This document shows, piece by piece, positions 16,556 through 25,360 of a stretch of 47,821 nucleotides of DNA. Made by a program: the position numbers and the translations under genes. Position 1 is the first letter of the stretch, and every line of letters begins with the position of its first letter. The stretch lies in the sequence record DRR723986_6985; one strand, written 5' to 3'. Below the pieces are notes generated by a model, which saw only the letters and a list, made by a program, of their open reading frames with translations, had not been told where the DNA came from and searched no databases.

Positions 16556-17145
16556 CAGTCAGCTCCTGCCATGTCGGGATCGGGAATGACCGGCATGCGG
16601 TCGGCGCCACCGAAGCTGGCGATGATGTTGCGCAGGATCAGCTCGATGTTGACGAGCGTCAGCAGGAATACGCCGACGAGGATGGAAGCCATCATCCAGC
16701 TGCGCGGCACGCGGATCCATTCGCTGAAGGAAAGGTTGCCCGGAACATAAAGCGAGGCGGTTGCGAAACGGCCTCCGAAACCGGTGACTTCCGAAAAGCC
16801 GATCTTCAGGGCAACGACGAGCACCACAAGTGAAATAAGCAGAAGGAGCAGGGATATGGCGCTCCCCAGCAGGCGAGGCAGGGAATGGGTGAACATGTCG
16901 ATGGCAACGAAACCGCCTCTGCGGAACGCTGTTGGTGCCATAAGACCTGTCATCCAGAGCATGTAGAAACGGGCTGCTTCGTCCGGCCAGGGCAGGGCAT
17001 TGTTGAAGACATAGCGGAACACGACCTGCACCAGGATCGCGATCACCATCAGGGCGACGGCAACGATGCCGATGCCCCGGCCAATTCGCAACAGCAGCGA
17101 ATTGACGAAGTCGAGCGGTGCGAGAACCGCCAGCAAAATGCCCAT
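16555..17145 (-). CDS. dctQ: TRAP small permease DctQ
   Basis: QVVFRYVFNNALPWPDEAAR; 4 hydrophobic segments; SD GGAGGAG before ATG 17145. Confidence 0.9.
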   Translation of the reverse strand: MGILLAVLAPLDFVNSLLLRIGRGIGIVAVALMVIAILVQVVFRYVFNNALPWPDEAARFYMLWMTGLMAPTAFRRGGFVAIDMFTHSLPRLLGSAISLLLLLISLVVLVVALKIGFSEVTGFGGRFATASLYVPGNLSFSEWIRVPRSWMMASILVGVFLLTLVNIELILRNIIASFGGADRMPVIPDPDMAGAD

Positions 17146-17162
17146 TCGGGCTCCTCCCTGGA

Positions 17163-17264
17163 TCAACCGGCCTTCATGTGCGCGAACATGAAAACCGCGA
17201 AGCTGATCATGTTAAAAGTGGCGAAGCGGTCTTCTGCGTTCTCCTGAGACAGAAGGCTTCTCAC
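17163..17264 (-). CDS. Candidate small protein, 33 aa (MRSLLSQENAEDRFATFNMISFAVFMFAHMKAG)
   Basis: GGAGG-aaa-GTG start and TGA at 17163; fills the smoA-dctQ gap; SD spacing is short. Confidence 0.3.
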   Translation of the reverse strand: MRSLLSQENAEDRFATFNMISFAVFMFAHMKAG

Positions 17265-17305
17265 TTTCCTCCAGAACGGGCCGGTCGCCGCCCCGTTTTC
17301 CGCCC

Positions 17306-17821
17306 TTATTTTGGAGCGATTTGTCCGAGTTTGCCTGCATAAAACGTCAGGGCCTCGCCTGAACGCATCTCGGCCTGCAACACCTGCCCAAGAACGATCA
17401 GGTGATCGCCGCCCTCATAGGCGGTGAAGCGCTTGCACTCGAAGCGGGCGAGACAGTTTTCGATCAGGGGCACGCCGTTGTCGTCGATCGTATAGGTGAG
17501 CTGATCGAAAGCATGGGCATTGCGCACGAAACCGTTGCAGACTTCAGCCTGTTCGTTGCTGAGCACATGAATCGCGTAATGTTCGGCCGTTTCGAAATAC
17601 CTGAACCTGCGCGATCCCTTGTCCGGCATCCACAGGACAAGTGCCGGTTCCAGGGAGACGGATGAGAAGCTGTTGGCTGTAATGCCGACGGGGCCGTCGG
17701 CCGAGCCGGTGGTCACCACCGTAACACCGGTGGCAAATCGACCGAACGCATCCCGCAAGAGGCGGGTGTTGTCGGCGTCCGGTTCGAAGGTCACGGTATG
17801 ATTGGCATTCTGCATGGTCAT
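17306..17821 (-). CDS. smoA: Flavin reductase (SmoA-like)
   Basis: LRDAFGRFATGVTVVT, TANSFSSVSLEP, GGDHLIVLG; TGATG-coupled to the upstream reductase; symbol from synteny. Confidence 0.82.
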   Translation of the reverse strand: MTMQNANHTVTFEPDADNTRLLRDAFGRFATGVTVVTTGSADGPVGITANSFSSVSLEPALVLWMPDKGSRRFRYFETAEHYAIHVLSNEQAEVCNGFVRNAHAFDQLTYTIDDNGVPLIENCLARFECKRFTAYEGGDHLIVLGQVLQAEMRSGEALTFYAGKLGQIAPK

Positions 17822-18711
17822 CAGGGCACCTCTGTTCCAAGCGCCGCTTCGTAAAGACGGTACCAGGTTTCGCGATCCAGGCTGACTTTCAGCGCGTCGG
17901 AGATCTGGGCAATGCGCTCCAGATTGTTCGTGCCCATGACCGGCAAAAGTTGCGCCGGATGAGCCAGAAGGAAGGCGACCGCGACAGCGGACCGGTCTAC
18001 ACCGGCCTCTGCAGCAATTTCGTCCATTACGGTGCCAAGCTTGCCACGTTCGGAAATCAGCGAGCCACCACCGAGGGGGGACCATGCCATCAACCGGGTG
18101 CCGAGGCGCTGGTGGAACGCGAGGTCGCCATTGGTGAACGGCGCGATTTCCTTCAGTGAGATCTCGATCTGGTTGGTCACAAGCCGGTTCGACATCGCCG
18201 ACTGCAGCAGCTCCCAGTCCCAGGGGCGGAAGTTGGAGACACCGACATTCCGCACCTTGCCGCTCTTGACCAGGTCATCGAGCGCGGCGCCGGTCTCGTG
18301 ATGGTCCATCAGCGGGTCCGGGCGATGGATCAGCAGCAGGTCGATGGTCTCGATGCCCATCTCCGTGAGGGAGAACTCGACCGACTTCTCGATGTGAGAT
18401 CGGGACGTGTCGTAGTATTTCACCCTGGCATCCGAGTACCGTCCCATCGGTGCGACGATGTCGCATTTGGTGACGATTTCCATCTGACTACGCAGGGCCG
18501 GATTGGCCTTCAGCGCCCCGCCAAGCACGGCTTCCGCGGCATAACCGCCGTAAATGTCAGCCTGATCGAAGGTCGTGATGCCCTGGTCGAGACAGGTCTG
18601 GATCTTGCGTTCCACGTAAGCGGGGGACGTGTCGCTGTCGTCGCCGATGCGCCACATGCCATAGATCAGCCGGGAGAATTCCAGGGTTTCAGAAAGTTTC
18701 ACGCGGTCCAT
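17821..18711 (-). CDS. smoB: Aldo/keto reductase (SmoB-like 6-oxo-glucose reductase)
   Basis: FSRLIYGMWR, FDQADIYG, IVTKC, LLIHRPD, GVSNF; TAATG-coupled to the monooxygenase; symbol from synteny. Confidence 0.82.
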   Translation of the reverse strand: MDRVKLSETLEFSRLIYGMWRIGDDSDTSPAYVERKIQTCLDQGITTFDQADIYGGYAAEAVLGGALKANPALRSQMEIVTKCDIVAPMGRYSDARVKYYDTSRSHIEKSVEFSLTEMGIETIDLLLIHRPDPLMDHHETGAALDDLVKSGKVRNVGVSNFRPWDWELLQSAMSNRLVTNQIEISLKEIAPFTNGDLAFHQRLGTRLMAWSPLGGGSLISERGKLGTVMDEIAAEAGVDRSAVAVAFLLAHPAQLLPVMGTNNLERIAQISDALKVSLDRETWYRLYEAALGTEVP

Positions 18712-19865
18712 TAGCGGCGCACTCCTTGGCCAAGCGGGGTTGCCGGCGTTTGAGCCGGTACACGACCATAGGCGTGCGGAAGGGAACATGTCTTCAGATT
18801 CGGCAGGACCCTGGACCCGAAATGCCTGGCTTCTTCCAGGTGCGGATAGCCTGAGAAGATGAAGGCACGAATGCCCATCTTCTGATAGGCCTCGATCTTG
18901 GACATCACCTGATCGGTTGACCCGACCAGCGCTGCCCCGCAACCGGACCGCGCCCGGCCGACCCCTGTCCACAGGTTCGGTTCGATGTAACCGAATTCAT
19001 CGGCGATCTCGCGGTTCTTTGCCTGGTGGCTCACCCCCAGCGACTTGGCATCCAGTGCCCGTTCGCGAATGGCGGTTCCCTGGGTCTCGTCAAGTTTGGA
19101 GACGATATAGTCCGCGTATTCCTGCGCTTCCTTTTCCGTGTCGCGCACGATCATGTGCACGCGCAGGCCATAGTCTAGTGTGCGGTCGTATTTCTCGGCG
19201 ACCGCGTTGACCGCCTTCATGCGGCCTTCCAGTTCCTCGATCTTTTCCGGCCACATCAGGTAGACGTCGCAATGCTGACCGCAAAGGTCCAGCGCATCCG
19301 GAGAATAACCCCCGAAATAGAGCAGGGGGCCACCGGTCTGGTAAGGCCGGGCGGGGTCCGTGGTCAGGCCCTTGAAGTTATAGACCTTGCCTTCGTAATT
19401 TATTTCGTCCTGCGTCCAGGCCTGCTTCAGGATCTCCACCACTTCCCGCGAACGCTGGTAGCGATAGCTGCTGTCGGCCTGCTCGCCCGGAAAGTCGGAC
19501 GAGATGATGTTGACCGTCAACCGGCCCTCGAGCATGTGGTCCAGCGTGGCAATGGTCCGCGCCAGCATAATCGGCTGCATCTCGCCGCAGCGAACCGCTG
19601 CCAGCAGGTTGATCTTGTCGGTGATCGGCGCGCAGCCGGCGACGAAGGACAGGGTATCCTGGCCTACCTGGTAGGACGACGGGCACAGGATGTTGCGGAA
19701 GCCCTGCTGCTCGGCTGTTTTCACGATCGAGGAGCAATGCTCCCAGGAGGAACGCAGATGGCCTTCGGGTACGCCCAGAAACTGATAGTCGTCGGAACAC
19801 AATGCGGCGAACCAGGATACCTCCGCTGCATCAAGATCCGGTGACGTGACTGGGACTACGGTCAT
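18711..19865 (-). CDS. smoC: LLM-class flavin-dependent monooxygenase, probable sulfoquinovose monooxygenase
   Basis: MTVVPVTSPDLDAAEVSWFAALCSDDYQFLG, LCPSSYQVGQD, PLLYFGGYS, LWTGVGRARSGCGAALVG; SsuD-like fold; first gene of a monooxygenase-AKR-flavin reductase run. Confidence 0.82.
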   Translation of the reverse strand: MTVVPVTSPDLDAAEVSWFAALCSDDYQFLGVPEGHLRSSWEHCSSIVKTAEQQGFRNILCPSSYQVGQDTLSFVAGCAPITDKINLLAAVRCGEMQPIMLARTIATLDHMLEGRLTVNIISSDFPGEQADSSYRYQRSREVVEILKQAWTQDEINYEGKVYNFKGLTTDPARPYQTGGPLLYFGGYSPDALDLCGQHCDVYLMWPEKIEELEGRMKAVNAVAEKYDRTLDYGLRVHMIVRDTEKEAQEYADYIVSKLDETQGTAIRERALDAKSLGVSHQAKNREIADEFGYIEPNLWTGVGRARSGCGAALVGSTDQVMSKIEAYQKMGIRAFIFSGYPHLEEARHFGSRVLPNLKTCSLPHAYGRVPAQTPATPLGQGVRR

Positions 19866-20003
19866 GAAGTGCCTCCCTTGGACCATCTTGTCGAATACCG
19901 AAACCCGCATGCGCCGACATGGGTGCGATTGAGGTTTCGCTATTTTCGTTTGTTTTCGAATGGCTTCATTCTGCCTTCGATTTCTTCTTGCATATCACCC
20001 GTT

Positions 20004-20028
20004 TTGATGTAAATCAATAGTGTATCAA
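20004..20028. promoter_or_regulatory. Candidate GntR operator in the divergent smoC/gntR promoter
   Basis: Palindrome TTGAT-gtaa-ATCAA (20004-20017) plus an extra ATCAA half-site (20024-20028). Confidence 0.45.
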
Positions 20029-20055
20029 TTTTGAAAACGAGACCTTTGAACCGCC

Positions 20056-20766
20056 ATGCCAACCGCCTCGCAAACCTCTACCGCGCTGCCGTTATACGTG
20101 CAGATAAGCGAGCTTTTGATCAGGGATATCGCGGCCGGGCGGCTGATCGACGGGGAGCGGCTGCCGCCTGAAAGGGACATGGCAGAGGAGCTTGGCATCT
20201 CCATCGGAACCCTTCGCAAGGCACTCGCCGACCTTACGCAAAAAGGCTTACTCGAGCGGATCCAGGGGTCGGGAAACTACATACGGCAAGGCGGCACGCA
20301 TGAGAGCGTCTACGCCATGTTCCGTCTGGAACTCCTGACCGGAGGTGGTCTGCCTCGCGCGGATATTCTGGACGTAAAGCGCCTGGACAAGCCGGACGAT
20401 CTGCCGCTTTTCGGTACCAGCGCCGAAGGCACCCGTATCCGCCGGCTGAGGTTTCTCAACGATGTGATGATTGCGGTGGAGGAAATCTGGCTCGACGGCG
20501 ACGCGGGATTCGTGCGGCGCGAGCTTCTGTCGGACTCGCTTTACCGCTTTTACCAGAAACACCTCGGGTTCTGGATCGTGCGTGCAGAAGACCGGGTGAC
20601 CATCCGTGCGCTGCCGGATTGGACACCGGAACTCTTTCAGAAGACGCCGGGCACTCTCACAGGCTTTGTCGAACGGTTCAGCTGGGCGGATCGCCCCAAG
20701 CCGGTCGAATATTCGCGAACCTGGTTCGACACGGACCGGGCGCATTACGTGCAGCGCTTGAAATAG
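20056..20766 (+). CDS. GntR (HutC/UTRA) regulator, SmoD-like
   Basis: LPLYVQI...RLPPERDMAEELGISIGTLRKAL...GSGNYI followed by a UTRA-like domain; divergent from smoC. Confidence 0.88.
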   Translation: MPTASQTSTALPLYVQISELLIRDIAAGRLIDGERLPPERDMAEELGISIGTLRKALADLTQKGLLERIQGSGNYIRQGGTHESVYAMFRLELLTGGGLPRADILDVKRLDKPDDLPLFGTSAEGTRIRRLRFLNDVMIAVEEIWLDGDAGFVRRELLSDSLYRFYQKHLGFWIVRAEDRVTIRALPDWTPELFQKTPGTLTGFVERFSWADRPKPVEYSRTWFDTDRAHYVQRLK

Positions 20767-20801
20767 GTGGACGAGAAATGCCACCGCGCATGGAGGACTG
20801 A

Positions 20802-21926
20802 ATGCCTGCAAAGGTAAGATATGGTGTCATTGGCTGCGGGATGATGGGGCAGGAGCACCTGCGCAACATCGCACTCCTGCCGGACACCGAAGTAACGGTG
20901 ATCTTCGAGCCTGACGCCGGAATGGCGGAAGCGGCACCAAGATTTGCGCCTCTTGCGCGATTTGCCAATTCCGTTTCGGAACTGCTGGAAGTGGACGAAC
21001 TGGACTGCATCCTGATTGCCAGTCCGAACCACTGCCATGTGCCGCAGATGGAAGAAATTCGCCGCAAGCGCCCGTTGCCGCTTCTCGTCGAAAAACCTCT
21101 CTTCACCGATCCCAAGGATGTTGCTGAGCTGGAGGCTTTCAAGGCGTCCTATCCGGCGCCGGTGTGGGTGGCGATGGAGTACCGCTACATGCCGCCGATC
21201 GCGGCGTTGATCGAGCAGGCGGAAGCAGCCACTGGCGGCATCAAGATGCTGACCATCCGCGAACACCGTTTTCCCTTCCTCGACAAGGTCGGCGCATGGA
21301 ACCGGTTCAACCGCTACTCCGGTGGTACATTTGTTGAAAAGTGTTGCCATTTCTTCGATCTCATGCGGCTGATCATGCAATGCGAACCAGTCCGCGTGAT
21401 GGCGTCGGCCGGCCAGGATGCCAACCACAAGGACGAGGTCTACAATGGCGAGCAGCCGGACATTCTCGACAATGGCTATGTGATCGTCGACTTCGAAAAC
21501 GGTGCTCGGGCCATGCTGGAACTTTGCATGTTTGCCGAAGGCTCGCGCTACCAGGAAGAAGTGTCGGCCGTTGGCCCGGACGGCAAGATCGAAGCCTTCG
21601 TGCCGGGTCCCGGACGCTTCTGGCCAGAACACCTCGGCGAGCCGCCGGTGCCCCAGCTAGTCGTGTCACCCAGGTACCCGAAGGGACCGCGTCAGATCGA
21701 TATTCCGGTTGACCCGATGATCCTCGATGCAGGCGATCACAACGGCTCGACATTCTATCAGCACGAAGGTTTCGTGGCTGTCGTACGCGGTGAAAAGCCG
21801 GCACCTGAAGTGACGCTTGAAGACGGATGGCGGGCCGTGGAAATGGGGCTGGCGGCACAGCAGTCTGCCCGTACGGGTCAGGCCGTGACGCTACGATCTC
21901 AGGCGCTTTCCTCCGTCGCCTGCTGA
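20802..21926 (+). CDS. Gfo/Idh/MocA-fold protein, probable NAD+-dependent sulfoquinovosidase (GH188)
   Basis: GVIGCGMMG Rossmann motif, VEKP, and EHRFPFLDKVGAWNRF...GGTFVEKCCHFFDL, which I recall as typical of GH188-like proteins; context fits. Confidence 0.75.
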   Translation: MPAKVRYGVIGCGMMGQEHLRNIALLPDTEVTVIFEPDAGMAEAAPRFAPLARFANSVSELLEVDELDCILIASPNHCHVPQMEEIRRKRPLPLLVEKPLFTDPKDVAELEAFKASYPAPVWVAMEYRYMPPIAALIEQAEAATGGIKMLTIREHRFPFLDKVGAWNRFNRYSGGTFVEKCCHFFDLMRLIMQCEPVRVMASAGQDANHKDEVYNGEQPDILDNGYVIVDFENGARAMLELCMFAEGSRYQEEVSAVGPDGKIEAFVPGPGRFWPEHLGEPPVPQLVVSPRYPKGPRQIDIPVDPMILDAGDHNGSTFYQHEGFVAVVRGEKPAPEVTLEDGWRAVEMGLAAQQSARTGQAVTLRSQALSSVAC

Positions 21927-21952
21927 CAAGACGATTTTCCTCTGGAAACCTG

Positions 21953-21984
21953 GCCGGTACGACATTTGTCGTGCCGGCTTTTTT
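21953..21984 (+). terminator. Intrinsic terminator
   Basis: GCCGGTACGAC-attt-GTCGTGCCGGC followed by TTTTTT. Confidence 0.85.
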
Positions 21985-22011
21985 CTTGCCAACCCGGCAG
22001 ACGAGAAAGGG

Positions 22012-22440
22012 CTACCAGCGTTCCTTCGGCAACAGGGACTGCACGTTGTTGGAACTGAAGCCATCCCGTCCGCGCCGCAGGTTGATGGCGCGGATCGGCA
22101 CCTGGTATTCTCGGCCCGTGTCCGACTTCTTGCACTGCTGTTTCCGGTAGGCGAAATTGTCCGGCACGTTCCTGTGGTTTTGCACCAGGACGCAGAAGAC
22201 GTCGTAGCGGCCGTTCACGGCCACGTCCCGCCGCGCGCCCTGGGCGACGATCACCTGCATGTGGCGGGTGAAGGCCTTGTCGAAAAGCATGAAGTTGCAA
22301 TAGGGCTCGCTGCCGTTGGGTGTGCGCGTGCTCTGGCAATAAAATATCTCTGCCCAGGCTTTCTGCGGAGCAGCGAGCGGGAAAGAGCCGATCGAGACCA
22401 AGCCCGCCAATACGGCTGCCAGAGCGTAACGCTTCACCAT
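22012..22440 (-). CDS. Hypothetical exported protein with 4 Cys
   Basis: Signal peptide ending AWA; AGGAG/AAGGG upstream; no family recognised. Confidence 0.65.
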   Translation of the reverse strand: MVKRYALAAVLAGLVSIGSFPLAAPQKAWAEIFYCQSTRTPNGSEPYCNFMLFDKAFTRHMQVIVAQGARRDVAVNGRYDVFCVLVQNHRNVPDNFAYRKQQCKKSDTGREYQVPIRAINLRRGRDGFSSNNVQSLLPKERW

Positions 22441-22654
22441 TCCCTTAAACTCCTGGTCGAAATGCAGTTTTTTTCAACGTGATCTTGCGGATAGAATATC
22501 ACTCCACGTAAGATTTACCCGTGACGCCCCTCACAGGGAATAGGCGTGACGACGAATTTTAGCTTGCCTCGGGAGCGCACAAGTTCCCGTCACGTGCACA
22601 GACACATGCACCGACATCGACAGGGTTGGTTGAACCGGCCCCCGGGAGGTCCCA

Positions 22655-25354
22655 ATGCGTAAGTCACTTTCCGTTCTTTTGTCTTCCACTTTGATTTTGC
22701 AAACGGTTTTCGTAAACGGCGTGCTTGCCGCCCCGGCCCTGACGACCGCCAACGTCAATTTCCGGCAGGGCCCGGGAACGAACTTCGGCTCACTGGGCAC
22801 GGTGCCGTCCGGCACGCAGGTCGAAATGGAGAACTGCGATGACAGCGGGGCCTGGTGTTCAATCAGCTACAACGGCCAGAACGGGTTTGTCAGCGGACAG
22901 TATCTTCAGCTTAGCGAACCGGAACAGACGACCGGCTGGCCGCGGTCTTTCCAGACCGACGCCGGGGCGACGCTGGTGCTCTACCAGCCGCAATTCACCG
23001 AGTGGGACAACTTCAAGACCCTGAAGGCGATGGTGGCAGCGGAATACATCAAGGACAAGGACGCCAAGCCTGTCTTTGGCGTGATCGGTGTCAGTGGCGC
23101 GACCGTGGCCGACCCCGACAAGAGCGAGGTTGACATCAACCAGATCCAGGTGACGGAACTGAACTTTTCGGCTTTGGACCGGGAATCCCTCACTGACCTG
23201 TCGCTCCAGGTCGGCAAGATCATGCCGACCGGCACGATCACCGTGAAAGAAGATCGGATCACCGCGGGCCTCGCCGAATACCAGCGCATGGAGGATGTCC
23301 AGGGCCTGAGTTCGGAAGCACCGCCTATCTATGTCTCGACCGAGCCGTCCATTCTCGTGCAGACAGAAGGCACGCCGATCTTTGCGCCAGTCAAGGGTGA
23401 TCAGGGGCTTAGCTTCGTGGTCAACAGCAACTGGGACATTTTGAAAATCGACGAGAGTGGCGAACTCTATCTGCGCGATGAAAAGTCCTGGATGAAAACC
23501 AAGGATGTCTCGGCAGGGTGGGAAGCGGTCGACAAACTGCCGGATCTGATCGGGTCTCTTCCAGATGACGATAACTGGAAGGAAACCCGGGAAGCGATCC
23601 CGGGGGAACCGTTTGCGGACAATACTCCGCCGAAGGTGATCTATGCAGACACACCGGCCGAAATGATCGTCTTTGACGGCGAGCCGGCTCTGGAAACGGT
23701 GGATGGCACCGATCTGGAATGGGCGTCGAACACCGAAAGCGACGTGTTTTTCCTGAAATCCACGTCCACCTGGTACATTCTGGTGTCCGGCCGCTGGTTC
23801 AAGTCCACCTCGCTCGAAGGGCCGTGGACTTTCACCACTCCGGACATGCCCTCCGATTTTCAGAACCTGCCGGAAGACGCGCCTTACTATTCGGTCCGTT
23901 CGTCCATTCCAGGCACTTCTGAAGCCTCGCAGGCACGGCTGAAAGCCAGCATTCCGACAACGGCTCGCGTTGAGGTCGGTTCCGTCAGTGCGGATGTTTC
24001 CTATGCCGGCGATCCGGAATTCGAGAAGATCGACGGCACGTCGATGTCCTACGCGGTCAATACCAGCGACCAGGTGATCCAGGTCGGTGCGAAATACTAC
24101 GTGCTGCAGGACGGTGTCTGGTTTGTCGGAGACAGCCCGGAAGGACCATTTACGGTTGCCACGGCGGTTCCTGACGAGATCTACACCATTCCGCCGTCTT
24201 CCCCGGTCTACAACACCACCTATGTGCGCATCTACGACAGCGAACCGGGAGCGGTCTGGTACGGCTACACGATGGGCTATCTGGCTGGGTTCCTGTCCTG
24301 GGGCGTCTTCGTTTACGGCACAGGCTATTATTATCGACCCTGGTACCGCCCGGGGCTGCGCCCGATCTACTTCCCGCGTCCGGTGAGCTACGGGATCGGT
24401 GCCTTCTACAATCCGGTCCGTGGCACTTTCGGACGCTATGGCTATGCCTACGGTCCGCTGCGCGGCATCGCCGGCGGCGGCATCTATAATCCGCGTACGG
24501 GCGGCTACATTCGTGGTGCCGCCATCAGCGGCCCGCGCGGCAGTGCAGGCTTCATCAGCGCCTATAATCCGCGCACCGGCAATCGTGTCGTGGTTGGCGG
24601 AGCCCGGGGCATTTACGGCTCCTGGGGCGGAAAGGTCGTAAGCGGGCCGGAATGGTCACGCACGCGCGATATCCAGGCTGGCGCCGTGCAGCGCTGGAAG
24701 CAGGACGGCAATCTGGGCCGTGTAGCGAACCTTGATCGCCGTGGTGACGTCTTTGCCGGCCGGGACGGTAGCGTCTATCGCCGCGACGGCGAGAAATGGC
24801 AGAAATTCGAGGGTGGTCGTTGGGGCGAAGTCGCTGCGCCGTCCCGCGAGGCAATCCAGGACCGCATGGGTGACATTGGTGCCGGACTGGCCGGGGGAGC
24901 GATCGGCGCTGGCGCAGGCGCAGCCCTTGCCAACCGCCCCCTTGGCGACAAGATCCAGAACCGGCCGAACGTTCAGCGCCCGACCAACCTGCCTGCTGGC
25001 CAGCGCCCGAATATCGAGCGTCCCAACGTCCAACGCCCGAATGTTCAAAAGCCGAATGTGGAACGCCCAAACGTCCAACGCCCGGCGCAGCGGCCCAATG
25101 TTCAGCGCCCCAATGTGCAACGACCGAATATCCAGAAGCCGAATGTGCAGCGACCGGCGACCCGCCCTGCCACACGTCCGGCGGCACGACCCCAGGCGCC
25201 TGCACACCTGAGCAGGGACAACCGGGCGAGAACGGCAGGCAACCGGCAGGTCAATCGGCAGCGCAACGTTCAGCGCTCACGTCCACAGGCACGCCCGCAA
25301 CGTCATGGCGGCGGTGGCGGTGCGCGCAGGGGAGGTGGCGGACGCCGCCGCTGA
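22655..25354 (+). CDS. Large exported protein: SH3b domain, acidic core, Gly/Tyr/Arg-rich region, (R/K)PN(V/I)(Q/E) repeat tail
   Basis: Signal peptide; TTANVNFRQGPGT...WCSISYNGQNGFVSGQYL SH3b pattern; SD GGGAGG; 899 aa. Confidence 0.85.
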   Translation: MRKSLSVLLSSTLILQTVFVNGVLAAPALTTANVNFRQGPGTNFGSLGTVPSGTQVEMENCDDSGAWCSISYNGQNGFVSGQYLQLSEPEQTTGWPRSFQTDAGATLVLYQPQFTEWDNFKTLKAMVAAEYIKDKDAKPVFGVIGVSGATVADPDKSEVDINQIQVTELNFSALDRESLTDLSLQVGKIMPTGTITVKEDRITAGLAEYQRMEDVQGLSSEAPPIYVSTEPSILVQTEGTPIFAPVKGDQGLSFVVNSNWDILKIDESGELYLRDEKSWMKTKDVSAGWEAVDKLPDLIGSLPDDDNWKETREAIPGEPFADNTPPKVIYADTPAEMIVFDGEPALETVDGTDLEWASNTESDVFFLKSTSTWYILVSGRWFKSTSLEGPWTFTTPDMPSDFQNLPEDAPYYSVRSSIPGTSEASQARLKASIPTTARVEVGSVSADVSYAGDPEFEKIDGTSMSYAVNTSDQVIQVGAKYYVLQDGVWFVGDSPEGPFTVATAVPDEIYTIPPSSPVYNTTYVRIYDSEPGAVWYGYTMGYLAGFLSWGVFVYGTGYYYRPWYRPGLRPIYFPRPVSYGIGAFYNPVRGTFGRYGYAYGPLRGIAGGGIYNPRTGGYIRGAAISGPRGSAGFISAYNPRTGNRVVVGGARGIYGSWGGKVVSGPEWSRTRDIQAGAVQRWKQDGNLGRVANLDRRGDVFAGRDGSVYRRDGEKWQKFEGGRWGEVAAPSREAIQDRMGDIGAGLAGGAIGAGAGAALANRPLGDKIQNRPNVQRPTNLPAGQRPNIERPNVQRPNVQKPNVERPNVQRPAQRPNVQRPNVQRPNIQKPNVQRPATRPATRPAARPQAPAHLSRDNRARTAGNRQVNRQRNVQRSRPQARPQRHGGGGGARRGGGGRRR
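24962..25198 (+). repeat. Coding tandem repeat: 10 x (R/K)PN(V/I)(Q/E), then RPAT/RPAT/RPAA/RPQA
   Basis: Visible in the translation; the 15-bp DNA units differ at synonymous positions. Confidence 0.9.
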
Positions 25355-25360
25355 GAAAAC

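Noticed and set aside
15180-16610. 476-aa alternative-frame ORF over dctM, and similar long ORFs such as 10881..12119, 9777..10829 and 29589..30776
   Set aside because: Off-frame or antisense translations with no recognisable motifs, overlapping well-supported genes.
18711-19865. Generic alkanesulfonate monooxygenase ssuD
   Set aside because: No ssuABC; coupling to an aldo/keto reductase and a GH188-like gene fits the SQ pathway better.
24962-25198. CRISPR array or DNA-level VNTR
   Set aside because: In-frame 15-bp coding units with synonymous divergence; no spacers and no cas genes.
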